Assembly (NCBI GenBank): GCA_051362555.1
Contig: CM120644.1
Span: 19,614,534-19,678,533, forward strand
Reading direction: 5' to 3'
Source: Lingula anatina
Lineage: Eukaryota; Animalia; Brachiopoda
Length of the DNA stretch: 64,000 bases
Below, piece by piece: positions 49,195 through 61,436 of this stretch (positions are counted from its first letter, which is position 1; each line of letters starts with the position of its first letter). Under the pieces are notes generated by a model. The model did not search any database, had not been told where the DNA came from, and saw only the letters and a program-made list of their open reading frames with translations. The position numbers and the translations under genes were made by a program.

Positions 49195-50955
49195 TCATTG
49201 AAAGGCGTAGAAAGGATTTTTCATAATTGTTATGATGAGACCTGGTGTGGTCCTTTTTATGCCAGTAAGTATTTCATAGACATCATTGTCAGTAATGATG
49301 GTGATATTCTCCGTGGTAAAAGTGTCATCGTCTTTATGATTGTATTCTGTTCTGTCTTCCTCATATATATGATGGGTTACAGCATTATTGTTTGTCAGTT
49401 TATTTTCCACATTCTTTATATCATCCCTCTCCCCCTCTGAATCTAGAAAACTGTTATGTCCACTTTCCTTGCCAAAAGTTCCATGTATATTATCTGATTC
49501 ATGTTTTCTTTTGTTGTATGTTGTTTCTTGTGTTCTGCAATTATTCCCTTGACTGAATTCTACTCCACATTTGTCTGGTTTCTCACAAGTGTGCATTCTT
49601 TTAGGGCTAGTGCAGGCCAATTTTGTTATGATCTCTTTGTCACAGTTCTTGCATGTATCATGCTTTTCTCCAGTATGAATGGTTTCATGGACAGTGCAGA
49701 AACCTTGTGTAAAACTTTTGTCTCCAGTGATAATTGTTTCATGGTAAGTGCAATTCCCTTTTGTAGTGAAAGTCTTCGTAGAAAGTCTATGCTTCAAAGG
49801 TCTGTCTCCAATGTGAATTTTTTCATGATAAGTGCATTTAGTTTTATCATTAAAAGTTTTGTCACAGAATCTACATTTGTAAGGTTTGTCTCCGGTATGA
49901 ATTCTTTCATGCACAATGCAGTGGCTTTTTTGAGTAAAAGTTTTGTCACAGAATATACACTTAAAAGGTCTCTCTCCTGTGTGAATTCTCTCATGACGTA
50001 TGCAAAAAGTTTTCTCTGTAAAAGTTTTGTCACAGAATCTACACTTGTAAGGTTTGTCCCCGGTATGAATTCTTTCGTGTTCAGCGCAATTGCTTTTTTG
50101 AGTAAAAGTTTTGTCACAGAATCTACACTTAAAAGGTCTCTCTCCTGTGTGAATTCTCTCATGACGTATGCAAAAAGTTTTCTCTGTAAAAGTTTTGTCA
50201 CAGAATCTACACTTGTAAGGTTTGTCCCCGGTATGAATTCTTTCGTGTTCAGCGCAATTGCTTTTTTGAGTGAAAGTTTTGTCACAGAATCTACACTTAA
50301 AAGGTCTCTCTCCTGTGTGAATTCTCTCATGACGTATGCAAAAAGTTTTCTCTGTAAAAGTTTTGTCACAGAATCTACACTTGTGAGGTTTCTCTCCAGT
50401 ATGAATTCTTTCATGCACAGTGCAATGACCTTTTTGAGTAAAAGTCTTGTCACAGAATCTACACTTGTAAGGTCTCTCTCCTGTGTGAATTCTCTCATGA
50501 TATTTGCAATTAGTTTTGTCTCTGAAAGTTTTATCACAGAATCTGCACTTGTAAGGTTTCTCTCCTGTGTGAATTCTCTCATGATATTTGCAAGACTTTT
50601 TGTCTTTAAAAGTTTTGTCACAGAATCTACACTTAAAAGGTCTTTCTCCTGTGTGAATTCTCTCATGACGTTTGCAAAAAGTTTTCTCCGTAAAAGTTTT
50701 GTCACAGAATCCACACTTGTAAGGTTTGTCTCCAGTGTGAATTCTTTCATGCACAGTGCAATGGCCTTTTTGAGTAAAAGTCTTGTCACAGAATCTACAC
50801 TTGTAAGGTCTCTCTCCTGTGCACATTTTTACTGAATGCTGTAAGAACTTAATTGGTGGTATAAAAGTCTTGTTACAGAATCTATACTTGTTAAGTTTCT
50901 CTCCAGTATAATTATTTTCTTGAATTTCATGAGTTACATTGAGTCCCAATTCCAA
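49195..50955 (-). CDS. C2H2 zinc-finger array (12 intact plus several degenerate fingers), possibly a pseudogene
   Basis: CRFCDKTF.....C..HERIH-TGE(R/K)P repeats. An in-frame TGA lies just 5' of the ORF and another stop occurs in the presumed exon starting at ~51468; no 5' exons identified. Confidence 0.85.
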   Translation of the reverse strand: MELGLNVTHEIQENNYTGEKLNKYRFCNKTFIPPIKFLQHSVKMCTGERPYKCRFCDKTFTQKGHCTVHERIHTGDKPYKCGFCDKTFTEKTFCKRHERIHTGERPFKCRFCDKTFKDKKSCKYHERIHTGEKPYKCRFCDKTFRDKTNCKYHERIHTGERPYKCRFCDKTFTQKGHCTVHERIHTGEKPHKCRFCDKTFTEKTFCIRHERIHTGERPFKCRFCDKTFTQKSNCAEHERIHTGDKPYKCRFCDKTFTEKTFCIRHERIHTGERPFKCRFCDKTFTQKSNCAEHERIHTGDKPYKCRFCDKTFTEKTFCIRHERIHTGERPFKCIFCDKTFTQKSHCIVHERIHTGDKPYKCRFCDKTFNDKTKCTYHEKIHIGDRPLKHRLSTKTFTTKGNCTYHETIITGDKSFTQGFCTVHETIHTGEKHDTCKNCDKEIITKLACTSPKRMHTCEKPDKCGVEFSQGNNCRTQETTYNKRKHESDNIHGTFGKESGHNSFLDSEGERDDIKNVENKLTNNNAVTHHIYEEDRTEYNHKDDDTFTTENITIITDNDVYEILTGIKRTTPGLIITIMKNPFYAFQ

Positions 50956-52729
50956 GGCTACTTTTCACATAATTTCCCCTTTTGTTTGGTTTTCATTCCT
51001 TTTCCAGAAAAAAGTCCTGTCAGTCGTTGTTACACTACTGTCTTACATTTTGCTTTAAGCCAGTCAGTCACTTGGGTAAGGTGCTAAGACTTATCAAGGC
51101 TTGATATGTCCTTTCCAATACTGTAATTGTGTTCACAATTCAACTCTCAGAGCACCGTAAGATTATCCATTTGGATTCTGTCAGAACTTGTTGTTAACAT
51201 TACCAATGCACCTAGTTTTTGTACTGAGCAATGCATAAAGTTTTTAGTAGGAACCCCCTGTTTAAAATCTTGAATGCAGTCATTCTATTGGACGATGTTA
51301 ATTGCTAGTTACAGAGGATATATCTGATTGGTTGAAGTGATTTCTCTCCAATACTTCAGATGCCGTAATTTAAAGATGTTATCTGCACAACCCACTGCAT
51401 ATAATTATCTGTTATTACTTCACTAAGCATTGGTAAACATGTAACATGACATTCCATCAAGCTCACATCTAGCTAGTTAAAAGACAAGAAGTGATTTTAT
51501 CAGTTAGTTTGTATTTGTCACACATGTCAGGCTGGTTTTGTACATGATGTGATAAGTCATTCAATTAATTCAATTTGTGAAACCCTTCAGCAGCCAGCAG
51601 TTTCAAAAGGGGGGTTCTTTTTCTGAAAAAAAAAATGGACCTTTTACCATCCAATCTTTGTGTTCTTAGATTAAATTTTGCTCAGAGGGAACATTTTCCC
51701 AGAAAAAAAGGGACCCCACACACCCCCTGGCTACTGGGCCTGTTCAGGTTAAGATATTTATATAAAAATTTAGTTCAGTTATAGGTATTAAAACTTTATT
51801 CATTAACTCCATCAAGGCATGTTACTTTCAAAAAGGAGCAAGAATGGACTTTTTTAATGTATGTATGTGCAATTTTTTTACTTTTTGTGACTGCATTTTT
51901 ACCAGCTTTTCTGTTTCAAACATAAGTTATCTCTCTCAGCTTATGATCATGCTAAGTTTTGTCTTTCAGGGAAGTGTGCCAATAGGCCAGGAAAACACTT
52001 TTCGTCGATAGTAGCTGTAATATCAGTGAGCCACCACACCATTAAGACAGAGATGGAAACACACCTACAAGGTACCCCAGATATGTACATGTATATCATG
52101 TTATTTAGTTTTCTTAATGATGTAGTCATTGAATTTGCTGTGTCTTAAAGTTGGAATACTCTTTCTTTCATTACATTAGTTGATATTATATATTATGACC
52201 TATTTGAGTTTTATGTAATTTTGCTTTACTCATAGGAATACTGCCGGTGTTCATTTGTGGTTGTGTCCATGGTTATGTTCATCAAATAGATTAAAATAAT
52301 GAAAGAGGTGTCGACACAGAGTTATTGATGGCTGGTCAAAAAACCAAACCAAACAAAAATATTTGGATCAATAAAAAATATTTTACTTCTTTTATAGACT
52401 TGAAAGTCTGTGTTTTCAAAGAATTTTACATTTTTTTTTCATGGTTTACTCATAGCAAATAGTACCAGTGTTAAATGAACTGTTGTGTCCAGTTAATTGA
52501 TAACAATTTAAGATATTGAAAGCTTTCTGACATGAAAGTGTGTACTGATGATCAGAAAACCAACAGAGCTTGTGAAGAGTAAAAAACATTTCTTTTTCCT
52601 GTTGTTAAAGAGAACACTTTGATTGCTTTTAGAAATTTTAAAATTCTTTTACTAATATTGTTGAAATTTGGTTGCTGGTTGGTGTCTCTTTTTTTGCCAG
52701 TTTTGACGTTGAGTTGTTTTTCCCTTCAG

Positions 52730-52927
52730 AATTTTAAGCTCATTTCTTGTGGAAGTAGTGACCAAGGACCAGAAATTGTGGATGGTTGCTGAGGGTCTGG
52801 ACGCCATCTTTGATGTGTTTGCAGACGATCATCTGGACCTGTTGTCATGAAGATCAGGGTAACAAACAAACTCCAAACCATATGGTACCATAGCTGACAG
52901 CTAAAGTAAAACTACTCCCTGTAAGAT

Positions 52928-52966
<39 letters not shown>

Positions 52967-53250
52967 TCAGAACATTTAAAGACATATATCAGGATTTGCA
53001 TTGGGCAATATGAAAAAAGATGCATGTTTTCTTACTTATTTACAAATGATTCCTGCAGTTGGGTTTATTTATTTATTTATTTATTAGTTTATTAAGAAAC
53101 ATATTGATGAATTAAAACGATGGATATCTTCTGAAGGAATATTGTAACATCTTTCCAGATTCATGAACAGAAGAAAAACCTAGGAGACCACCTTTTTATC
53201 AGTATGACAGCAAGGACAAATCTGATGTACTTCATCTAATGCAAATCTTG
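52730..53250 (+). pseudogene. HEATR3: HEATR3 C-terminal two-exon fragment (52730-52905, 53159-~53250)
   Basis: FLVEVVTKDQKLWMVAEGLDAIFDVFADD and TARTNLMYFI resemble the HEATR3 C-terminus; AG/GT boundaries retained; frameshifts and stops. Confidence 0.7.
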
Positions 53251-54654
53251 ACCAGTAGAACAAAGACATGTTTTCATTCTCAAAGTTACTTAAAACTCGG
53301 CAGTAATTGGGATCAGAGAAATCTCACTTAAAAAATCATTAACTGCATTTAAAAGTCTGAAGTCTACTAGTAATATTCCTGGGTAAATTGGAAAAAAAGT
53401 AATTGCTGGATGGGTGGGATCCACATAATTTTCTCCATTATGTCTTTCATGATATATAATTTTATGTCATATTTAATGTTATGCAATATATATTATAAAG
53501 AAAACACATGTCAAATGGATGAGATCCTTTGTGTATTTGGTACTAATTATTTGCATTTTATTATAACCTTAGTTCATCTGTTGTAATTAAACATGAACAT
53601 ACATGAATATAAAAACGAAAGTTTAGTTATCAGTAATTCAGCTGTGTAGCAGGGTATGTGAATATGACTGTTTATGTATGTATTTAAGTTTAGTTAAATG
53701 TTTGTGCAATGTATAGTGTATTTCTTAAGTTTATAAAAAAATTTTTAAAAAAGAATTTAATTTTCACAATTGGAGATGAACTTGAATCATATATCAAATG
53801 TTGGTGTATTTCATTTATTGTAGATAAAAGTCGAGTGCTGCCTTCTTGCCTCATGTTTCAAATGCCTTAAAACAAAAAGCGCTATATTTTTATTAAAAGA
53901 GTCATTGGGTATATTTGTTACCCATGAAAGCCACTTTTTATTTCCCTGAGATGCGTGAAATGTCTACTTTAAAGGGTGGTCCTTGAAGCACGTCCCTCAT
54001 TCCTATGACTTGTAAATATGTCTTTTTATTCTTTGCCCTTTGTAAAACCAAGTATTATTCATGATTTTCATGATTTTCAACTCACATTGTCAGTGAGATA
54101 TGCATAAAGTTTTGTTTACTGTGGTTTTTGAATTAATGATTTTATTTTACATGAACTGTGATGACCCCTCCCCAATGCTACCCTCAATTAAGAAGAGAAA
54201 GAAAAACAAAGCCCATTTGATTACAAAAAATTAATATTTTATTGTAAAATTAAGAGGATGTCTTTTGAAGCTTTTTAACTGACTGCTACAGAGGCAATTG
54301 GAGTTCTGCACTGAAATTCCTGAAAAATAAAAAATTGAACATATTAAAATATAATTTAGTTATTAGCTATAAAAAGATGTTGCTCAGTAACTCTACAACC
54401 AGCAGCTCCCGACTGCTATCATATAATTACTGTACAGGTTTTACCAGCTGTTTGACACAGTGTACCTCGTAAAAACTGAAAGTTCACTTAGTTATTATGC
54501 CATCAAACAAGGAAACAAACAAAAGAACTTCCTTTTGACTGTATAATGAATCTGTTCTTTTTTAAAATGTTGTCAAATTTCTTAATATCGAGAGTGATTA
54601 AATTTATTTAATAACAACAACAAAAATAACAGCAACAATAATAATAATAACCAT

Positions 54655-57632
54655 TTATGTTCTTGATCTTCGTCTGAAGCAAGATGTAAAAAGACTTAAA
54701 AATCTTCTCCACCTAGATGGGCGTCTGTCCTTGGAAACTGAAATATATGACACAATATTACCTTACTAATATGCAATAATATATAACCTTCAATAAGTAG
54801 TCAGTGCACCATATTATTTCATGCAAGCAACTGTACTGAAAATCTTTTACAATTATTTAGAATAAACAAATTGGACAAGTAAAACTTGAATAAGGCCCAT
54901 AATGTGTTTACACACCAATAGACAGTGTAAGTGTGTGTGTGTGTGTACATGCACAATCACATTCCGTCAGTGTAATAAATAAATCCCTATTCTATTGATC
55001 CTGCTATCTTACCTCTCTCTTTCATGTCCTCTGTCATGGTTGTTGTGTCATTGATACTGACTGAAGAAAGACAAAAAAACAAATTAAACATCCCATACAT
55101 GTGTGCACAACAAAGATTCAATACATTACTGAACATAGTCAAAGATACATTGAAAGATTTAGGTATTACTGAACAGTGAATTTGAACTCAGTGTTTGTGC
55201 GTAAGAGTCTCCACCCTAAAGTCCATATGTGTGTGTTAACATTTTTTAAGTGTCTTAAATTAATTCCTGTTAAATTGCCCTTACTGTCTTACCTTTTTCT
55301 TTGATGCCCTCAGCATCTGACACACTCTTTGTGTCTTTGATATCAGCTGAAGAAAAAAATGATATCAAATAAAATTTTAACATTCTATATCTGTGCATGT
55401 TCAAATAGGATTCAGCATTACAAGTAAATTAAAAATCAAAACTATTTTACTGAGATTCCTGTCTTACCTATCTCCTCAATACTTAGGGCCTTAACAACTG
55501 TTACATTCTTCTTGACTTTGGTATCATCTGAAAGAACAGAACTGAATTGAATTTTAAAGACAACATTATGTGTGTTCAATCTTTACACAGCAAAAGCATT
55601 AATTTTTAAGTAGATGAAGTATCTTCTAAAGTCTGTCAAAGGCCAGACTTTGCATGTGCAACATTTGTACAAGTACAGTACCTGTGTGTGTGTGTGTGTT
55701 TGTGTGTATGTGTGTTCATGTACAATCACATATCATCAGTGTAATAAATAGCTACTTATTCTATTGACCCTGCTGTCTTACCTCTCTCCTTCACTGCCTC
55801 CATCACAGTTGTTGTGTCTTTAATATCAACTGAAGAAAAAAATGGAACACAAAGTTAACATTCCACACCTGTGCACAGCAAGGATTCAATACATTATTTT
55901 ACATAGTCAAAGACAAATTCAAAGATTTAGAATTAAGTGTTTGTCAGATTCAAGTGCGTTAAATGAATTCATCTTAAATTGCCCTTACTGTACTACCTTT
56001 TTCTTTGATGTCCTCAGCATACGACACACTCTTTGAGCGCATTCTCAACGAATTAAGCCAGGCTTTACAAAGCCGGTGACCTAAAAATGGCGGACGTACA
56101 TGAAAGAAAAACCGCCTAATCTTTTAATAGTCTCTCCGCCTCCCCACACGTCGTCCCTGCAGGGTACAGTAATTAAATCGCGTCTCCGTTCGCCTTGCGG
56201 AAGCTACCTGAGAAATATTAAGTGCGCGTGCTCATCAGTTAAACTCGTGGTGAAGAAAGCATGGCGGCTGAAGGCGATCGAAGGAAAAAAGCTATTCTGT
56301 TCTATTATCTTTGAAAACAGAGACGAAAAAGGAATAATTTGGCCCGTAGAGCAGCAATGAATTGACTATCTACGGAGATAATATCACCAGAGATATTCAC
56401 GGAAATATTAATTTTCAGAGCCGAGATTTAATTACTGTACCCCACAGGGACGACGTGTGGGGAGGCGTGTGAGAGGCGGAGAGACTATTAAAAGATTAGG
56501 CGTTTTTTCTTTCATGTACGTCCGCCATTTTTAGGTCACCGGCTTTGTAAAGCCTGGCTTAATTCGTTGAGAATGCGCTCTTTGTATCTTTGATATGGGC
56601 TTAAGAAAAAAAATTATCAATCAAAACTTAACATTCTATATCTGTGCATGTTCAAATAGGACTGAGTATTACAATTTGTTAAAGACACATTCAAAGATTT
56701 AATTACTTAAAATTAAATAAATAATCTTCTTTAGTATGCTAAAGACCAGGTTTTGCTTGAGTAACATGCTTGCAGTGTGTAATGAAGGTGTGTGTATGTG
56801 GGTTTGTTAGTGTATGTGTGGGTGCATGTATGTTTCATAAATATATCAAAATTCATAATTATTTTACTGAGATTATCATTCCAGCCTTACCTAGCTCCTC
56901 AATACTTAGGGTCTTAACAATTGCTACATTGTTCTGTTCTTTGGTATCACCTGAAAGAACAGAATGTGTTGATTTGATTGTATTCTGCGAGAGTTTCCAT
57001 GGAGTCAGTGCATATTAGCTAGGTCTTCAAATTTATTGTGAACAGGCCCTGATACTTCAGACTTGCACCCTGAGAGTCAGGATGTTGTTGTCATAAATAA
57101 TTCTTTTCATGATTCCTTGCTAGTACAAATGTAGATTAAAAAAAGTTGATTGTTAAATCTGCTGAATTATTGTCTAGAATAGAGCAATACAATAATATAA
57201 TACAATTCACTTACACCTGGTGTGGACTTCAGGCTTGTACATGTAGTTCAACTCTGGAATAAGATGTCACATTTTTTGTCATTCACAAATTATGATATAG
57301 ATTAAAATATAGTCTAAAATGTATTTGACAGAATTAAAGGACCATTTCATCATTTCATTCCATAGTTAATATTTCATAGGATTATAAGATCAAATAATCT
57401 TTTTTCCATAGATTATACATGACAAATAAAAGTTTAATTCACCTTTTATTTCCATTGGTTATATCAAATAGAATAATAAGATCAAGCACCTTTTATTTCC
57501 ATGTCCAGTTCTCCCCAAGTACAGGTCACTTCCATGCTGTCCTTGGTGGTCACCTGGAGGCACCTGTTCCTAAAGGGTTCAGGCTCCCATGTCCAGCCAG
57601 ACCCAGGGTGGTAAGGCTGAATGAATGATGAA

Positions 57633-57687
<55 letters not shown>

Positions 57688-58305
57688 CATTATATATATG
57701 TTAATGTATAAAATGATAATATAACAATTTTATAAATATATACAATTGCTAATAAATCAAATACTCCAGAGAAATGAATGAAGGTATGAATAAATACTTC
57801 AACATGTTGGACTTTAAATTTTCTTTTTCAATTTCAAAGAAAACAATTTTTACCTTAGATCATTGCTTTTGTAAAAAAAAAAAAAGTATAATACTTACAT
57901 TTTGTGGCTTAATGAATTTCCATTCCATTTTTGAGCCCTTGGGCAGGAGAAACTCTGCCCTTTGAGACGGGACACCCATGCTGGTTGTCCTTGACATGTT
58001 AATGCCACGCTGGGTGTCCCAGCCTCCAAGGGCAGTTCCCCTGCCCACCACTTTAGCTTTCAACAGGTTTTCTCTCAAAATTAGTCTGACAGTGGCTTTG
58101 GCTGTTCAAAATAAAAAGTAAAATAGAAAGAAATCCTATCAATATATCTTTTTGATATTTTCACTACCGACTTTCAAATTGACCACTTAATTTATGTAAA
58201 TAAAGTATGTGATATCTTACTTTCATATTACAAAGAAATTAATTAGTTATTTAAGGCCCATTGTAATGAATTACCAGCCCATTTATCAAACACATACAGT
58301 CACAT

Positions 58306-58342
<37 letters not shown>

Positions 58343-58739
58343 CACACAACTTACAAACACACTGTTCTTTTTTGTTTATTTCAATCTCCATATCAGCTGT
58401 CATCTGCAATTTTAAAATATATTAAAATATTAAAATGTATTTATTAATATATTAAAATATATTAATAAATGAAATCTTACTTAAACAAGATACAAATCAT
58501 AGATTTCTGTATCTTCATTTAATAGTTTCTGTAAAAAAAAAAACATTTGCACCATTACAAGAATGATCATCAAAACGTTGTGTGACAAGAAATTTTAAAG
58601 AATTTCATTAAGAATGTTAATAATGATTTAATTATCATGAACAACACTGTAAAAAGGCGCTATGTGGGCTTAATTTATACTTGATACAGGGTTTCAGTTA
58701 GGAATAAAAAATAAAACTTACCAGTGACTGTGTAGACAT
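54655..58739 (-). CDS. CBM20 (starch/glycogen-binding) domain protein, STBD1-like candidate, 262 aa; exons 58739-58722, 58403-58355, 58101-57899, 57616-57490, 57253-57215, 56950-56891, 55829-55782, 55527-55468, 55346-55293, 55060-55013, 54737-54655
   Basis: All GT-AG, phases concatenate to 789 nt with no internal stop. VVGRGTALGGWD..LPKGSKMEWKFI..WTWEPEPFRNRCLQV..TW fits CBM20. Probable 3' UTR exon ~54319-54220 with AATAAA. Confidence 0.85.
56035..56580. mobile_element. MITE with ~105-bp near-perfect TIRs (GAG...CTC termini, Sola-like) inserted in a micro-exon
   Basis: GAGCGCATTCTCAACGAATTAAGCCAGGC... / ...GCCTGGCTTAATTCGTTGAGAATGCGCTC; TTT duplicated at the junctions. Confidence 0.9.
57631..57687. 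repeat. (TAAA)n microsatellite
   Basis: Direct reading; a similar (TTTA)n occurs at ~52927-52967. Confidence 0.95.
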
Positions 58740-59435
58740 TGTCTATTTGCTTTGTTTACAAAACAATAAAAATTATTTTATAAAGAAATTTCATTGGACG
58801 GCTCCTGTATTGTTTCCAGAACTTTCAACCAATCAGATTGCCGCTTCGTTGAAGCTCATGACTTTGAGTCTATTTTTTGCTAAATACACAATATATAACA
58901 CAATGCCTGGACCCTGGTAATATCTATTGCAGTGCCAGAACCCTCTCCCTCCTTGCACGAGTTTCTTAGAAAGCAGGCGGTGAACCTGTTGCTGATACTG
59001 GCTGCAGTCCATTACAAATCCAAAGTCTCACCTCTTGCACATCGCCATCTATACTAATCAATGTTTATAAATATGGCGTATCAGGCAAAGGGTGATGCCG
59101 AAAAGCCGAATTATCATCAAATGTTCTGTACACTAAGTGTCATCTTCCACCAGGACACTTTTCTAAGATGGTTCTGTTATAGATTCTTTCGGCAAACTTA
59201 ATCCGTGAGTTCAGGATGAGACATCTGAAGTGAAGGACACATATGGTATCGACTGTGTCAGTTGTTCACTGTTCACATCACGATGCAATGTGCTTGTGAA
59301 GATTTTACAATATGTGCTACAGAATGTTGAAGTGCAGATTAAAAGTGCTTTTGGAGAACTGGCAAGATTGCACACCGTCATCTACTTCAAGTTTTGCCAT
59401 TCCCTTTTCATCTGTAGTTTTGCATTGGCTTATAA

Positions 59436-59602
59436 CAGGGGCGGATTCAGGCCGTCTTCTGGGTCTTCCGGAAGACGGTCAGATTTTCAATTTTTCATTG
59501 ATGGGTATCTAATTTTTTTGTCGGAAGACGGTCAAAAATGGAGGCTGGATCAACAAAGATAATTTGGAAGACTGTCAGAAAAAATCTCTGGATCAGCCCC
59601 TG
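59436..59602. mobile_element. MITE (CAGGGGCGGAT family), copy 2, 5-bp TSD
   Basis: TATAA|CAGGGGCGGATTCAG...GGATCAGCCCCTG|TATAA. Confidence 0.85.
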
Positions 59603-59855
59603 TATAAAGGAAATATAATTAACTATAGAGAACTGATGTTGTATCTGATTTATAAGTAGATCTTTTTCCTTCTCAGCCTTGACTTACAACAACGTGTTAT
59701 TTTGTAAGTTTTTTATATTTATTTCTTCTTAACACACTTAACACACTTAACATGATGTACACATGTAGAAAACTTACTAAATTACTCAAATATTCTGGAT
59801 CTTAAAGAAAAAGCCTCAGATCACTGACCTTTTTTTGTCTTTTCCAGTCCATCAT

Positions 59856-61436
59856 CTGACTCCACACTACACTGTACTAGGAGGCACAGGACTATACTGC
59901 CACAATGGAACACAATGACTCCAGACTACTACCCTGTACTTGGAGGCACAGGACTATACTGCCACAATGGAACACAATGACTCCAGACTACTACACTGTA
60001 CTAGGAGGCACAGGACTATACTGCCACAATGGAACACAATGACTCCAGACTACCGCACTGTACTAGGAGGCACAGGACTATACTGCCACAATGGAACACA
60101 ATGACTCCAGACCACTACACTGTACTAGGAGGCACAGGACTATACTGCCACAATGGAACGCAATGACTCCAGACCACTACACTGTACTAGGAGGCAAGGG
60201 ACTATACTGCCACAATGGAACGCAATGACTCCAGACCACTACACTGTACTAGGAGGCACGGGACTATACTGCCACAATGGAACTCAATGACTCCAGACCA
60301 CTACACTGTACTAGGAGGGACAGGACTATACTGCCTACGTAGAGAATGTGGAAACAGACATTTCAGCCAGTGAACAAAATCCACAGTTCTCAGCGAAAGA
60401 ACAGCCAAATTCACCAGATTTAAGAAGATCTCAAAGAGCAAGGGAAATCCCTGAAAGATTCAAGGATTTTGTGTTATAAAAGTGTTTAGTTAGCTTCCAA
60501 GTGGTAAAGACTTGGCTTAGAGAGTGATGTACTGGCAGCCTCTCCTCTCTTGTAAGACTTAATTTTTATTTCTTTCTCAAAGTAATTCAAACTGTGACAG
60601 TGAACACTAAGATCTCAAAATACAGTAAAGAACTTTAATCATTTGTTTTTAGAGCCATTGATTTGTTTGAACAACATTTGAAGTTTCAAGTTTGTATTAA
60701 AAAAAAAGTGAGAGAGAGAAAGACAATAACACAGTGCTACAGTTTAAGTAATTTTATTCAAGAGTCAGTAACCAATGGATCAGTGACTGCTTATGTTTCA
60801 CATTTTCAAAGACTGTTACATGTAAATCATGAAGAGACTTTTGTGAGAGACTATCAGACACTCCGCACATATATAATTATTATTTTCAACCCCAGGTAAA
60901 AGTAATTCAAGGTGGGGAAGGATGTAATGTAGTAGTTTGACTTTATGCGTGTGTTATATCTTGTATGTAGATCTTACGTCATCAGTTTTACACTAGAGTT
61001 AGTATAAACGGAATAAAGAGCACATGGTCTCTCAAACCACTGGCTACTCGAGTCACTTTATTATAACTACTACACTGTACAAGTAGGCACGGGACTATAC
61101 TGCCACAATGTAACACAATGACTCCAGACTACTACACTGTATTAGGAGGCACAGGACTATACTGTCACAATGGAACACAATGACTCCAGAATACTACACT
61201 GTACTAGGAGATGCATGACTATACTGCCACAATGGAACACAATGACTCCAGACTACAACACTGTACAAGGAGACACAGGACTATACTGCCACAATGGAAC
61301 ACAATGACTCCAGACTACTACACTGTACTAGGAGACAGGACTATACTGCCACAATGAAACACAATGACTCCAGACTACTACACTGCACTGGAGGGCATAG
61401 GACTAAACTGCCACAATGGAACACAATGACTCCAGA
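59856..61436. repeat. 62-bp minisatellite (~7.7 + ~6 copies) split by an LTR-element fragment
   Basis: Unit TGACTCCAGACTACTACACTGTACTAGGAGGCACAGGACTATACTGCCACAATGGAACACAA. Confidence 0.95.
60336..61074 (+). mobile_element. 3' fragment of a Gypsy element: integrase tail, 3' UTR, PPT and ~152-bp LTR (60923-61074)
   Basis: LRRSQRAREIPERFKDFVL*; AAGGTGGGGAAGGA|TGTAATGTAG...AATAAA...ACTACTACA. Confidence 0.8.

Noticed and set aside
49501-50835. 444-aa plus-strand and 331-aa alternate-frame ORFs
   Set aside because: Shadows of the repetitive zinc-finger array.
49195-58739. CBM20-zinc-finger fusion gene
   Set aside because: The CBM20 gene has its own stop (54655), a probable 3' UTR exon and AATAAA (~54238); no in-frame splice to the ZNF was seen.
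59856-61436. CRISPR-like array
   Set aside because: Contiguous near-identical 62-bp units with no unique spacers, no cas genes, eukaryotic context.
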